This document shows positions 27,131 to 46,837 of a stretch of 64,000 nt of DNA, one piece after another. Both the position numbers and the translations under genes were made by a program. Origin of the DNA: Phoronis australis. Its lineage: Eukaryota; Animalia; Phoronida. Positions within the stretch are counted from its first letter, which is position 1. Each line of letters starts with the position of its first letter. The DNA lies in NCBI GenBank assembly GCA_002633005.1, contig NMRA01000056.1:1189205-1253204 (forward strand), read 5' to 3'. Under the pieces are notes generated by a model, which was not told where the DNA came from, ran no database searches, and saw only the letters and a program-made list of their open reading frames with translations.

Positions 27131-30100
27131 ATGGCTGATGGAGGCATGCACTACAAACTCATCCAGAGAATCCAGTCAACTGAGAGAATCAGGGAGATAT
27201 TAAAACTGTTAGTTGTTTCATCATAGATTATTTTTAACAATGCAAAGAAGCAATATAATTTGTCTTTTTACATGTCAGCCAGTTTTATGACCTAAAAAGT
27301 GTTTGCTAGCAGTAAGCCTTGACCTCCCATCCGTGTGGCCAGTTGTTTGAGTAACTAGGTAATCCGCCAAACTGCTTTGCACTTTCACTAGAGCAAATAG
27401 TACTTTCAAGTAATTAAAATTTAGTGCTAATTGTGTGCAAGGAAAATTGAGATAATTGCTTCCATCTCAGCAACACTTTGCATAAGATTAAGTGCACTTT
27501 GCACTACGATTCTTCACTTATTGCATAATATTGTTAAAAGCGTGACAATGTTGTAGGTTGACAATTTTCCTACATACTTGCTCAAACTCCTGGTATATTT
27601 GTCAACAATTGGCAGCACAACAATAGAGAAGACCGCAATTGACAGACATAACAACAATTAAAATAAAGGCTAAATTTCGAGACAGGTCATGTTCATCTTC
27701 AGGTAGAAATAAAATGACACACTGTTAACAGCGATAGGTGACAAAGGTCATGACCCACTTGTTGTTTTAATCGTCTTGTTAATGTTTCTTGATATTCTTT
27801 CTTGTTGTTATGCCAATGATCAACAATTATACAGACAGTTTGAGTAAGCAGGAAAACTGTCATCTGACAACGCTGTTGTGCATGTAATGAATTCTGTCTA
27901 CAAGAGGGGTTGCTGTCAAATAATTTGGCTTATTGCATAAAGCATTGCAAATATTGTCGTTTCCAGTTTTAAATGGCTAATTAACTTACTACAAATAATG
28001 AAAAACTTTATGAAATGATCTTTAGGACATCTACACACAGCAGACCAAGTTGATAAAAGACTCCAACTTTCTTAATCTTGTATTTATTTGTGTTGACGAG
28101 TTTCACTCAAAGGCCAAGTTGAGAGCTATATAAGTGAACCTCAAACGGGCCAGACATTGACATTGGTAATGTCAATTTGCACCACATTAAACGCCATGAA
28201 AACGTGTAGTTGTGTCATAGAAGCTTACGCCCTGTAAGTTTGCACGGTGTCAACGGGACTGTGTAAACAACTCATGAGTCACTTAGTTGAAGATAATTAG
28301 CTCACTGAATATCACATGTTACTTGGCACTAACTGAGTGAATAGCAATTAAGATATTTTCTTATCTCCCCCGAAGCCCTTGCTCAGGTCACACAACATGA
28401 AATGGTCCTGTGCCATCAAGCACACATTGTGATATCCAAGTAGTTAATAACTGATTCTTATCTCCTCTGTAATACTTGTTCACATTCATCGAAGACTCCA
28501 TAACATGAAATCGTCCTGCATAATCAAGAATATTTTGTGATATCTGAACGAATAACAAATGAGTCTATAGTCTTATCTCTCCCGTAATCCTTGCTCACTT
28601 CCTTCGAAGACTCCCCAACATGAAATGGTCCTCCACCATCAACCACACGTTATCATTCTTTACTTTTCAACACAGAACATATGACTTGTGTTTAAGCTCA
28701 GCACGGCTGTAATTCTTAAGGTCAAGATACACCTCAAACAAACAGTCGTGTTCATGGGGAGCCATCAATTTTTCTGAAAATTAGTCCAATGCAGCACTTG
28801 TGTCGCATGCCCAAGCTTAGCACACTGGTCATTCTTTATGTTCAAGATACAACTCCAGCAAGCGGTTGTGCTCAGGGGAGACATCAATTTTTCTGAAAAT
28901 AAACCAAACACGCATAAAAACACCAATACCATCCAGGTACGCATCGAATCACATCACATCAGTAAGTTCATAGTGTACATCAGCTTTCCAATAATGTGAT
29001 AATGAGTTCGATGGATTGACGTTGGTAGCCGCGGTCAGACGGGGAATTGTTATGAGAAGGCAGACGAATATCGAATCAGAAAGCAGATCTCACGTTCAAA
29101 ATTAACATTCACTAAGAGAACCCTGTGAGCTGCCTTATGAGTAATTACCATAATATTATGCAAATGCTAAAATTCTGACCAACCACGTGCTAATACCACG
29201 GACAAACAGAGCCTAACAACAAATCACATCATTGAAATGTAACCTATGAACCACAAGAAGCCAGATCGGCTGTCTGACAACTGTTCATGTGGGAAATTTT
29301 TCTGATGTCAGATCAGACATATGACATGCCTTTGGATTGGACAGCATGTGAACGCTATCTTATCCCTTAAGGTTATCTCAAACCTTATTTATTGGATTCC
29401 GTTCTAGCTGGTATATCAAAAAACCAAGCTTTGTTAACTAGTAAAACTACATATTTTCTGAAGGAAAAAAGATCAGGGAATATAACGTTTTCTATTTATG
29501 TGCCATTATTATCATTATGTTAACACCAAAGTTTGTATTTTTGAAGAAAATAGCAGTCGGCCTTTGTCACATTACGCAAAAATTAGGCCTTTATATCGAA
29601 AATCCTACCAGCGTTTTTGAGATTGATGAATAAATATTAAGTTTGGAAAGTTTCAGCAAAATACACCAAGCTGTTTTCAAGAACTTTTTTTTTTCTTACG
29701 CTCAAAGTCGATTTGCTGAAACCGAGAAAAGGCCAATTAAGTTGTGAGACGTGAAAATCTCGAGGTCTTTACTTAATTACTCGGTGAATAGTTATTTTCG
29801 GTCAATATAATCTATACCTGCCTTAACCATGTTTGCTACTTCAACATTCAGTCGCAATGCCAACTGAATTTGAAGCACATAATTAACTTAATTATCACTA
29901 AAACTTTTTAATTTTGTGACCGTCTTCAGTCCGAAGGGTCAAAATTTCGTTGTTATGCAAGCCACGTGCCGGGAGACTGATATGAAACCAAGTACAAAAT
30001 GGACAACAGAAATCGAGTTGGCGGTTAAAGCGTGTCGTGAGCATGAGACCGAAATAGCGAAATGTCAGATTATGCAACAAATTAATGAATTTGGGTAAGG

Positions 30101-32269
30101 ATCTATCTTTGTGTTTGTGAACACAAAGATGTTAATTCACATGGATAACTAATCAGGGTCAGGGAACAGTAAAAATGATGAAAATGTCCTCGGGATAACA
30201 CGATGAGATTTATTTTCTATTAGTAAAGGTCATTACAAATAATGTTTGCTTTAACGTTTAAAAAGATATTTGAGGAACTCTGACACTTTTCGGCCATCGG
30301 TAGAGAATTTTTAAGGGCATCAAAGCTGACCAGGGATAATCACAGAATCCTTAAATCCACAGCATAATGCAGAGTGAGAACACATGTTCCTCTAGAAACA
30401 GGTGGTGACACCTCACGGCAAATTTGCAAGAATTTTCCAATATTGACCCCAACCATAAAACATGCATTCACACTGGTAGCACTGCCGTCTCACTAATGCC
30501 TTAAACACAAAATATGGCGAAAAAGTAGAATTTTAGGTGCACCGAAAATTAATGCCTTACCATTCTGAAGATCTGTAAGATGGCAATTGTTGAATATAAC
30601 ATATCCGCACTTTGAGATACATTTTTCTCTACTGATCAATTGGCATAAAACTGGTTCTCAAAACATGATCATGATATATTTGACTACTGCCCGGTAACAT
30701 AGCTACAACAATATAGTATCTGGAAAAATGAGGTCATTCACAACAACATTAGAATCTACAGTTTTGAGAAACAAAGAGGAAAGTTTTGGCAATAAGCTGT
30801 GTCTGAAATTAGCAAGAATTAATGGTATTGAATTTACAGCTCCCCTTGACACAAGCATCTGTATTCACCTGATATGATGGTGGAACGTTTCTGTTATCCT
30901 GTAGAGGCATGACCGCACAGATGAGCGCAGGGAGAATCTGAGGCTGGCGTCGAGGCCACTCTCCAGCCTAGACTGTCGGCTTATGTTGGCTGACAGCTTC
31001 AGGTGCTTGTCCACTGCCTGTGGACACAAAGGGAGAGGTTACTGTTAGGCATGATCGTTTTTGTGACCGAAAATCGCAATTTTTTTCGTTATTGTTGAAT
31101 GGGATAAAATTCTTGAACCTAATAGCTCCGACCAGAGCTACAAAACAACGGAAAATACATTGTTTTTGGCATTTTATTACAAACTGCAAATTCTTGCCAT
31201 TGTCTGCCAGTCATTTGCTGAACTCAAGACCGGTGACATCCCCCATTAAATATGCTTAAAGTGCTCTGCTGTGTAACTCCAGGGACTTGGCTCGGCAGTA
31301 GAGTGTTCCGTTTCTGCTCTGGAGTTATTGGGTCGATTCTCAATGAGAATGTCCAATTAACACTAAACATCTCTTTAGCGTTGTAACAGCACGAAAGTGA
31401 CTGCCACTTGACCCAATTTCACATTCTGGTGCACAAGACGGTCAAAATAGTTGGGGTCAAGAAGCATTTTCGTTCTCAAGGAAAACTCCCCTAGTTATGA
31501 ACAAAAATTGTAACAATTTCACATTTTTGACCTTTTCAATGCCATAAATACTTTTAATAACCTATGGCTACTGATTTTTACCAAACTACTGCGATGTAAG
31601 GGTACATAATTACCCAAAAAATTTAAGAAGAGCGAAAATCTCTGTGAACTTAAGAGCCTCTAAAGAAAAAATGGCTAAGCATACAATGCTTTATTCCAAT
31701 CGTGAAGTGAACAAAAACCAAAAGACAGACTTACTTCTTGCAGAGACAGGATGGCAGAAATGACATCTGGTAGTGACTTCTGAACTACTCCATAGGTGTC
31801 CTCGTGGTATGAAGCCACAATTAAGTTGGACAGAGCTGCAACAGAACAGAGCAATTTTATTCGTGTTTACTTCCAAAATGTATTACAAGCGGGACCCAAA
31901 CGGGTTCCCCCAATAGGAGCAATTAACAGGAACTTAGGCACTCATGTGGGGATTTTCTTCTCTTACCTATCATCTAAGAATGGTATTTTATCATCTTAAG
32001 TACAGTCTCGGGTGCAGGGGCAAAAGTGGTGTTCATGAATGTGGCAACAACCAAAGTTAAGGTTTGTTATGATAACGAAATCTATACATACAGCAGGTAT
32101 CCAGTTCAGTAAATTTCAATGTATGTTCTCCCATAGGACCCACTTAGAACCCATTTCCCAGCTGCTGCGGCATTCCGTCAACCAGCGCCGATATCGAATG
32201 TGCACCAATAACCCCTACCATTACATAGAAAAGTTGGACTTATTGCACAACAAAAACCCATGGCAGTGA
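27131..32269 (+). CDS. Candidate small spliced gene of unknown function (hypothetical)
   Basis: Phase-compatible candidate exons 27131-27207 (MADGGMHYKLIQRIQSTERIREILK), 29930-30094, 30266-30299 (weak sites), 30905-31002, 32137-32269 (THLEPISQLLRHSVNQRRYRMCTNNPYHYIEKLDLLHNKNPWQ*); no recognised homology. Confidence 0.25.
27547..27880. mobile_element. Degenerate MITE/foldback element
   Basis: Left arm GTTGACAATTTTCCTACATACTTGCTCAAAC pairs imperfectly with right arm GTTTGAGTAAGCAGGAAAACTGTCATC. Confidence 0.45.
28358..28900 (+). repeat. Two adjacent degenerate tandem arrays: three ~100-115-bp units, then two ~120-bp units
   Basis: TCTTATCTC...CTTG.TCA...AACATGAAAT.GTCCT...ATCAA at ~28359, ~28457, ~28572; AAGCT.AGCAC...TCAAGATACA...CATCAATTTTTCTGAAAAT at ~28693 and ~28813. 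Confidence 0.7.
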
Positions 32270-34067
32270 AACAACTTAGTACCTTGGACAGCGTAAAGAG
32301 TGTGCGCAAAAAAACAATGCCTGAAACATGATCCAAGGGCAGACTCGTGAGAGAAATGTCACTAGATGTTTCTATGCATGTATTGGTCAGACTGAATTAG
32401 AAATGGCAGTTTTGTACATGCAAGCACAATGTTCAGAGTCTTAAAAGAAACTTTACAAGCTAAATCAGTCTGACAGAGCATATGAAAGATCACTATTGAA
32501 TGGCAGTGTGCGCTAACTTTAATTCCAAAATGGTGTCCTCGAAAGCAGTAGTCAACAATTCTCAGAGCACAAACCGTCAAATTCCATAGGGACAAGTTTT
32601 TGCAATTCGAACATATGAAATTTCGATAAGTCTAAGAAATTATACAAGTGTGACTATTCTGGAGGTAACAGAAAACAAAGAAAAACTCCAGTGTGACCAA
32701 TATAAATATCTGGCATCTCCTATGATACTGTCCGTCACGACTGATGATGGTGAAAATTCTAACCGAAATGTTTGTATATTTATGTAAATTTGTTTACTAA
32801 AGCATTCATCATCCCATTCCTTGTTGAATATAAAGCAAGCTTACATCATTTAATTAAATTATTTATTTATTTACAAAATGAACTACTATTATCTCCTACT
32901 TGAATTACTCAAAGCAACTGCCTTTTTAAAAAGCTCTAAAGTCATGTCCCATCATGTATTTTAAAGTGAACTAGCTATTGAGAGCGATTGCAAGCACTCG
33001 TCGATAACAAGCTGTTCAAGAAGCGAGAGCCCTTGCTTCAGGTGTTCGGCATGAACACTGGTCACACATTAAACAACACGTTTTACAATTACTCAGCATC
33101 ACATGAGAAATGTGATTGCAGCTGTCAGGTCAGAAATTAAGCCAGGTTGACAACACTGCAAAATCACCTGTTTTGTTAATGCAAATACAATGAAAAAGTA
33201 TGCTTGCAGTTAACTAGAAAGTTTGCTTAAGTGGTAACATGTCATATATCACAAATCGGACAGGATAAGCACTTATACCCCACTATACAATTAATAGGAT
33301 ACAATACATGTTATGCAGTAAAAATTCCCTAGTTTTGGGACATACAGGCATACACGTGAAATTTCATTTTGTTAAATCTCAACAAAAATTAAATGTTTAT
33401 TTTGTATTTAGCATGGTATGCATGGCGTAGGTATTACCAAGCAAAATTTTGTAAAATTTCCAGCATTTGCAACAATGTGGTAAGCCTCTGAAATATAGAA
33501 ACACAGTAATGATTTTTTCAAGACAAAATTAAAGGTTGCATAAAACCAAAAGCTATTCTAGAAAACTGTAACAGTGTTTTTGAAACTTCATCTTGAACAT
33601 TTATAACGAATGAAATTTAACCAAGTTACTGATACAACTGTTTTGCTATGTTTTGTTGTTTTTTGGTAAATTGTATTAAAAAGACATGGTCCAGTGACCC
33701 AGTTTGAATGATAAAGCGGTATACAATCAAAAATCCTATTTTTACAACCTTTCTACTTTCAGAAAATATATACTTTTACAGCGTTAATTTCTATAGTTTT
33801 GTAGATATTAAGGTACGGTAAACAAGGAGACTCCGTACTGTGGATAAGGCCAATACAACCAATAAAAAACTAGATTATGAAAGAACAAAACACAAACTGG
33901 GGGCTAGATACAAACAAAAATTACAACAACAATTTACAGGAGAACAGGATTATAACTCAATTTGTGTAAGAAGCAAGAAGCCACTGACATTTAGGATAGT
34001 CATAACACAGAGCAAACAGATTAGGTAATAAGACTTGAACACACAACCATAATAGGCATTCCCATAA

Positions 34068-34095
34068 AAAGTAGGTCAAACTGATGACCTACTTT
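34068..34095. promoter_or_regulatory. Palindromic nuclear-receptor-like element (AAAGTAGGTCA-N6-TGACCTACTTT) upstream of actin copy 1
   Basis: Perfect 11-bp inverted arms; the core is retained at 44773-44797 and 54558-54582. Confidence 0.6.
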
Positions 34096-34356
34096 ATAGA
34101 AGATAAACAAATCATTGGCTATTGCTGGAGGTGACTGTGCCGAGTCAAAGGTACAACAAAGGGGATTCCCCATGTCCCTGGCTGATTAAATGTCACAGTA
34201 GAAAGGTGATTCAGACAATTAGCTAAGAACAGGTAAACAGAACACCTGTAAACAATATCACTACAACAAAATCTAGGCCTGTTGACATATCTGAGTCAAG
34301 AACCTGACCAAAACAAATCAATACGGAGCACTGGTATATTGGCTAGAAATCAATGA

Positions 34357-35110
34357 CCAAATAAGGAATTGCCAATGGCAAACAAAAATTGGACAGTTGA
34401 GAAAACGATTAACGGATTAATGAGCAGAATAGCGTGAAACTGAGCATGAATGAGAGTAAATATTTCTACTCATGTTTCAGCGACACTATTCTGGGTTTGA
34501 AATGTTTTCAATGAATAAATTTTCAACAGTCAACTCAACAATAAAAACACACTGGCTATTATGTCTGTGATAAAAATCCAACCATCTGATGAAAATCTTA
34601 CACAGGGATAACAGAAAATTTCTGCTTATTTCCAATGCTTCTTCTTACTATACAACACATGCACACAAATATACGTCAGATTGGTGTAAAACATCCTGAA
34701 TTACCTGGTTTTGCACATTTTCCAAAGAATGACCTTATTGAGAGAACAAAAACACCAATTATGGAATGATGACCCTAAATGGCAACCTCAGGTGATGTAA
34801 ACATCACATCTATTTATAGCACATCCAGGTATCACTGAGGGTTAACGTGATGACTGACCCTGTGATGGAAAGGTCAGCCCTTTGGAGGAGACTCCTTATA
34901 TGGAATATGAAGGAGCGCAATGACCAAATTAGGATTGGGCAATGCCTTGAAAAGATAGTGTACAATACCAGTTCTCGGAAAAAACACTACGATCTGTGTA
35001 TAAAAGCCCGAACGTTTGGAATACTCGCAATAAAGCTTGAACAAGCCTCAGAAGAAACAAGAAGCTACAAAGAATACCAAGACGTCTTAATCGACATTAC
35101 CCACAGCAAG
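34357..35110 (+). promoter_or_regulatory. Muscle-type promoter and non-coding exon 1 of actin copy 1
   Basis: CArG boxes CCAAATAAGG 34357, CCAATTATGG 34755, CCTTATATGG 34894, CCAAATTAGG 34924; MEF2 CTATTTATAG 34810; MCAT GGAATG 34763; TATAAAA 34999; donor CAAG|GTAAGC at 35110; next acceptor at 36117. Confidence 0.8.
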
Positions 35111-36065
35111 GTAAGCCATCATGAACCAGCAACTGTTTTTACTTTTGATGACAGAGTTCATCTCAAACAAAAGATTTCAATATCCAGGTTCAGGACCAAT
35201 TATAGTTAAAATTATAGCTAAAATTATATTAAAGAATTTTGGTTATATCCAGAACTGTTTAGGTAATATGACCATTACCTTGGGACACCACACTTTACAC
35301 AACGGCTAAAGTCAAATATTTGAATGGAGTTTTGAAATCATAAATATGGTTACCGTGACCGGAATGGAGCTCATAGATGTTACGTAAGACTTGATAAATC
35401 ACTTCATTCTTATTTTATCTTTGAAGTTGGCCATTTTTGGCTCGTTATACAGTACTCGATGCAACGATAACTTAGCTTATTTTATGACTGGAAAATTAAG
35501 ACAAAGCATTTGATAATCGCCCAAAGTAATAGTGCAAATACATTTATAAACAGCACTTGATATTTTAAGAGATGATCAAAGCGTATGTGTGTGTCTCAAT
35601 ATATTTATTAAATATTACCGTATTACATAACACCACTTCTTCAACTACTTCATACTATTGATAGGTAACCTTTAATTATTATTATTTTTTGATTTTTATA
35701 ACAGATTACTAACACCAAATAATTGCTGTATTACTTTACTTTGAAAGAACTGTACCATATCTATCACCTCTCTATGATTCTGAGGAAATATGGGGATCCA
35801 CAACAACATTAAAAGCTTTTGAAAAACGAAAAAAAAAATTTTGGCAATTATGTTTGGCTAAAATTGGTGAGATAATACGGTACAGTGACCATTCTTCATC
35901 TTGGTACAATGTTGTATTGCATGGCTACAAATGTTAAAAATTTTACCCTCTGTTGTTTGGTGAGCGCTGTACCACAAATCAAGCTAACAAGAGACTAAAT
36001 TAGCTGTAAAGCCACTCAAAATAAAAACTTGATAAATTTTATTTCTCTATCATATTGAGCACTAA

Positions 36066-41305
<5,240 letters not shown>

Positions 41306-41871
41306 TTGGACCATTTTAGTACTGTAAGAGCGCCTGATTGGCAGACTTGAACTTAAGAAATGTTTAGACAGTTTGCTTGTTGTTTATTAGCCTGCTTTGC
41401 TGACAGTTACTTTTACTCTTGAAGAAAGTAGCTAGTGGATCATCGTCCCAGTTCCTAAAATTGACAAAGGGTTTGATTGGCAGATTTGAACACATTATGG
41501 GCTTTGACTTTCTAATCTACTCAGAACAAGGGTCTGTGCTGGATTGGCAGGTTTGAAAACATTAAGTTCTGATTGGTGACTGACTTGAGCAAAACTTTTG
41601 AGACACCTATACAGGACTTGGATACCATTGTCAATCAAAACGTTAAATGGTTACAAAGTCAACATAATTTTGAAGACTTTGCAGTCCTGTAGGCCACAAC
41701 AGACCAATATCAATGTATAGTCTTTATCAATTGTAACTAAGGAAATATGACAAGATGGTCAAGCTCTAGATGTATTTAGAAATCTAAAAATGAATTGAGC
41801 ATGTTATTGTAGTGTTAGATGGTATTTGTGTTGCCAAGCAACCAGTTCAATAGTACAGTTAGTGAACATAC

Positions 41872-42340
41872 AGATCCCTGGTTATTTTGGAAATGCATTT
41901 TTGTTCATTGTTGTTCCCCTGGGCCCAGTTGCATAAAAGTTATACGCCGTATATCAACAATGACGTCGCATAATCACGCGTCACGTTGCTATTGTTGAAC
42001 AATGCACTTGACGTCATGCAACAATCAAACTTATCCAGCGGATAACTTTTGGAGGTTTGTGCAACTCGGCCCAGGTGTGTATTTACCATGCAAAGAACAA
42101 TAGAAAGTGATGTGAAGGACCTGGCATTATTGCCTGCATCTTGGTTGTGCATGCAGTTCTATTTAAGAAACGTAATGTCCTACCCGTGTAGGTCATTCAT
42201 GTTTGCTCAATGGAAGTGAACGCAACCAAAATGTTGCCTCTTTGCTGGGCCTTTTACGTCCCTTCCTATTGTCCCGTGGATAGTAAATACACACCAGGGG
42301 ACCAGCAATTAATAAAAAGTACTTCCTAGATAACGAGAGA
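41872..42340. mobile_element. Foldback/MITE-like element with long imperfect inverted arms downstream of actin 1; paralogous copies at ~52250-52870 and ~63750-64000
   Basis: Left TTGTTGTTCCCCTG..GTGTGTATTTACCAT pairs with right GATAGTAAATACACACCAGGGGACCAGCAA; inner arms also pair. Confidence 0.6.
41922..42071 (+). mobile_element. 150-bp PIF/Harbinger-like MITE nested in the foldback element
   Basis: TIRs GGCCCAGTTGCA / TGCAACTCGGCC; 3-bp flanks CTG/CAG; reverse-orientation copy at 52308-52457; empty site at ~63800. Confidence 0.8.
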
Positions 42341-45126
42341 TTTCTATTTTTGCTAAATATAACATCAAAAATGCTTGCCTTACTCTTTAAACTGCAACAT
42401 TACTTGAGCTGGGAAGTAGACTTCCAAAGCACTATTGTCTCGTCCCGGTCAGAAGGAGTTGAATGACACTTTCCTGCTCACGTTTTAGAAATGGATATTG
42501 GGAACCGAGTCAACGAGACTGATGGTTTGTGAAGGATTTATTTAATTGCATTATACAATATACTTTCCCGTCAATGCATAGAAGCAGATTTTAAGGTGAA
42601 TTAGTTATAAAACTCTATAAGTCAAAGGTTTGAGCTGTGATATGTATTTGTATTTTGAAACATATTTGTAATTAATTTATATCGGAACATTTAAGTTCAG
42701 TTGAATAAACAAAGAAAATTCAACAACATTTTTTCGATTTCCGGTTAACCCGATGGAACTGGCAAAGCCAATCAAGCGCAGCCTTTCAAAACATGAGAAT
42801 CATATCGTAAAACCAACCTGTGAAAAAGACCAACAATTTTGGACACAGAAAATTTGACCACTAGTGAAAAATCTGGGAACAAACAAGAAAATTTAGTCAT
42901 ACAGAAATAAGAAACAACTGAACACTGTCTAAAATTATCTGATGTGATAAGATAATTGTAAACACCTGTAAGTCCTTTCAGGTTTCATCAAATAAATTTT
43001 TAATTGTCAATTATTAACCCAAAAAGGCATTTTCCTGATTCCTCAATGAGTAAGAAATTACTTAAAACATCAGACAGTGGTTTACGATCATGTGACTGAC
43101 TCCTTGTTTGAAAAGCATATTGTTTGCTTCAAACAAGAATTTCTAATAAATATGAATGGCAGGCTACTTCACGTTTGACATATACCCATGTTGTTCCTAC
43201 TGTATAAACCAGTAGTTAAGAAAGTGAGTCATAAGCTAGTGATTTACCCTCAAATAACGGAGATATCAGCCATTTTCTTCCATTTTTAATCAATGTCTAA
43301 AGTCTTCACATTTGATAGACATGTCTCCGTTAAGACTAAGTGTACAAAATTTTGTGTGAACCGACCCACGCTCTGAGAGAAATTGATGTTCAAAACTGCC
43401 GGAAGCGCAGAAAACCAAATCGCCTGACGAAGGCTGATAAATATCCGTCACGTAGTTGAAGCCAACAGAAGACAGCCAAAACATCCCGCAAATGAGTGGC
43501 ACACAAAGAATTTTTTAAAGAAAGGTACATTATGTACAATGCAGAAAAAATGGAAAAAGCCACGTGATTGACAATTGCCTAAAAAAAACATTTCACCCTT
43601 TCTGACAAATTTCAACGTCTCAAATGAAAGACAAGATCTAAATGTTATGTAGGACTTTATTGACAACATTGCATATTTAGCTAAATATCTACAAAACTAA
43701 ACTCTAACACAGTAAAACTATAAATTTTCCGGAATAAGTAAGTCTGAAGAATTATTTTTTATCTAACCGTTATTAATTGCGTCACGTAATCATGTCTTTC
43801 AAGTAAAATTTACCAACAAAGAAACGGACATTGACAGCAAAACAACTGCATCAATAACACGATCAAATTTTACTTTATGTAAAGGATCATGATATGATCT
43901 CAAAAAATGATGTAACAATTTTTAAAATATTCCATTTTCGTTTTATTCAACTTCTGTAGTTTTTCATGAAAAACATGAAATTCCTACAATTTATACTCCC
44001 CGTGCAAAAGTAGAACATTTTAAAAATGAGTTTTAATAACATTTTGGAAAGCAATGCATAAAGTAAGGCATCTGAAAATTTTCATAAGAATCTGATCAAC
44101 CATCTGAGATATGGCGTTCCAAAGTTAGCTGAACATTTTTCGACAGCCTGCATAACCTTAAAGCAAGGAGTTGTAATGCTGGAAATCTTTTATTTTATTC
44201 AAGCAGATTTTAACCCTTAAAACAACTTAAACACAAACAAAAGCAATAGAACTACGCATTAATAAAAATGTTACAGGCTTTTAGCTACATATCATAACTG
44301 AATTCGAAAATGCACATTTTCTGAAAAAAAGGACCGATACGGCAGATCGTGAACTATTTTATGAAGTCTGCCATCACAGCATAATATACCTAGTTTAATA
44401 CGATTTTTTGAGTTAGGAAGACTTTTTGAAAGAGATGTTTGCAAATTATTTTAAGATTTTAACATTGAAAATGTGTAATTAAAGTGCATTAGTAGAATTA
44501 AAAATATTTTAGCCACAGCTGATCATTTTGATTACTTTAAACATAATGAAAAAAACAACTTTATCAATTTTTGAAATTCAACAAATTTGACCAATATAAG
44601 TACCAAAACAAGCTGTATTAGCTAAATCCTAAATACATTGTTAACTAAATGAATATACAATGTGAATTTACAAAGTCATAACAGCCAGTTACTTGCTTTC
44701 TTTAGCCTTTCAAAAGAAATGCCAACAAGTGAACTGTCTATCCACTGAGAAACAATACCATCAGCCATACAAAAAGTAGGTCAAATTGATGACCTATTTA
44801 ACACAAACCAGAGACTGGTCAGATTGCCTTGTGAAAATTGTCAAAGCTAGCCTTGTTCCCACTAAAAGGGATGGAAGCTGGCAAATGGACACTGGACTGG
44901 CTCTTATTGGACATAACAGGCCATGTCTTAGGCCAAAAGAAGAAAAAAAGAAGGCACTTCTTCGTGGCATATAGCAAAAAGAGGTCAAACCAATCATCAA
45001 GCTAAGGTAAATCTACCAGTAACTTAATTCCATGGGATGGTGTGAAAAGCAAACTGAGGAAATTAATGTTCTACAGATTAGCAACAAAACATATTTACAG
45101 CAACAGAAGTGTCATTCACAAAAACC

Positions 45127-45240
45127 CGTTTTTGTCTAGGATACAGTTAGCACTTTTGTGAGATAGTCCTGTTACATGAGCATGGGTAACTTAGTATGGA
45201 CATGACAGCAAAAGCGCTAACTGTATCCTAGACGAAAACG
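45127..45240. repeat. 114-bp hairpin/mini-MITE with 32-bp inverted arms
   Basis: CGTTTTTGTCTAGGATACAGTTAGCACTTTTG vs CAAAAGCGCTAACTGTATCCTAGACGAAAACG (30/32 pairing). Confidence 0.8.
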
Positions 45241-45736
45241 TTTTTTCTGACTGCTGCCATATATGACAGACCGAACAAACTCCAGCGATTGTTTCTGCAT
45301 CAGAATTTACAACATCGCATTATATGGTGTATTGTTGCTTATAAGTCCGCAATTTTGACTTCACCTACTTAACGCTTGATGTATCAGAATATCGCCTGAA
45401 TCTTAAGTCAAGCATATGATGACCATGTATGGAAATTAAATGGGTGAATAAGCCAATATTGGTAATTATTTTTGTGAAAACAATCGGTAAAAGAATCAAA
45501 GAAGTTTACAAGCCAACCACATAAATGTTCTGCTGTTTTCAAGTTAAAAAAACTACATCAAACAGCGAATGACGGGGCAGAAATCACGAACGCAAAATAT
45601 TGTCACGGTTACCCAAAATTTGTTTGAATGCCACACAATAAATGTGTGGTTCTAAACTTACTAGAAAGAGTTGGCTAACTATTAACAAATCCTAGGCATG
45701 AAGATTATACTGCATTGTCAATGTCAGTGTTGTGGT

Positions 45737-45883
45737 CCTTATAGGGAATGACTCAAGGAATGATCCAATACGACCATATAAGGAGTGAACACAGTGCCAA
45801 GGATCAGACTTCATGCAAACTGGGATGTGTTCTGTAGACAAATCAAGTTTCTTGTGAGAAAAGCAACATCGTGTGAATTAAAG
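45737..45883 (+). promoter_or_regulatory. Probable promoter and non-coding exon 1 of actin copy 2
   Basis: CArG CCATATAAGG 45774, CArG-like CCTTATAGGG 45737, two GGAATG MCAT-like sites, donor AAG|GTAAGT at 45883. Confidence 0.6.
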
Positions 45884-46837
45884 GTAAGTATTTCGCAACT
45901 AAACCTGAAACCATACAAGCCTGGGCTAGCGAAATGGCTACTGCTCAAATGATTGGCTGCCTGGGCTTGAATGTTGCACTACAGGAAAAAATCCACATTT
46001 TACGTACTAGAAATGGAGATTTATTGTCGCAAATGGTTTGTACTACTACATCTACCCTTGGTTCTTGGGGAAAGCACTGTAGTTCAGCATGCATAAATCT
46101 GATCCAATAGGTCAGCATTACTTCATTTCACAAAAATGGATGAGAAACTCGTTTTTAATATCTGCTAGTCAATAGAGATAAAACTGGGTTTGGCATCCAT
46201 TTAAGTATCCCACAGCACAACAGTGGTAATTCATCAGCAACCCAAGAAAATGACTCAGACTTTGTTGGGATAGGCCAACTCTAAAATACCAAGCAATGAT
46301 TTAGAAAATGTTGCTAGACGTAAAAATTGCCTGTGATTCGCGTTTCCGGCTCGTTCAGCAGCAATTCAATTTCGGATGAGAGTGGTGATGTTTAACCTCC
46401 AAAGTACTTTGGCTATGAATTCAACATTCACAGCTGGGCAGCCCCTTTAAGTCATAGCCGTGCACTATTCCGAGATCCCTGAACTAAAATTTCGTTAGGT
46501 GGAAGGGAATATGCAGCTTTACATAATTACTTGACTTCTTAGCTGGCACTATTGGCTTACATGCGGGCCATTATATTGCATATTCATGACATTCTAAAGA
46601 ATATTCCTGACAGGTATTTGTTCAAAAGGCAGCATCGAACCAGGAAGTAATCTTCAGGGATCTATGCAATGTCAACGTGTTTGGTATTCCCATGACACAG
46701 GATAAATTTTGAAATCTAATTATGTTTGTAAGTCTTACACATTCAATGAAATTATAGCTTCGTGTCAAATGTTAATAAGAAATTCTTGTTGTTCATTTGA
46801 ATTATAGTAACTTAATTCCTGACCAAGATAAAACAAA

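Noticed and set aside
30865-31017. Minus-strand terminal exon (AVDKHLKLSANISRQ...)
   Set aside because: The acceptor is good but no compatible upstream minus-strand exon was found; the plus-strand reading fits neighbouring phases better
31283-31345. tRNA gene
   Set aside because: Only degenerate A/B-box-like motifs and no cloverleaf; at most a SINE relic
34847-35209. 120-aa ORF upstream of actin 1
   Set aside because: It overlaps the CArG/TATA promoter and first donor, starts at GTG/ATG in promoter DNA, and has no recognisable motif
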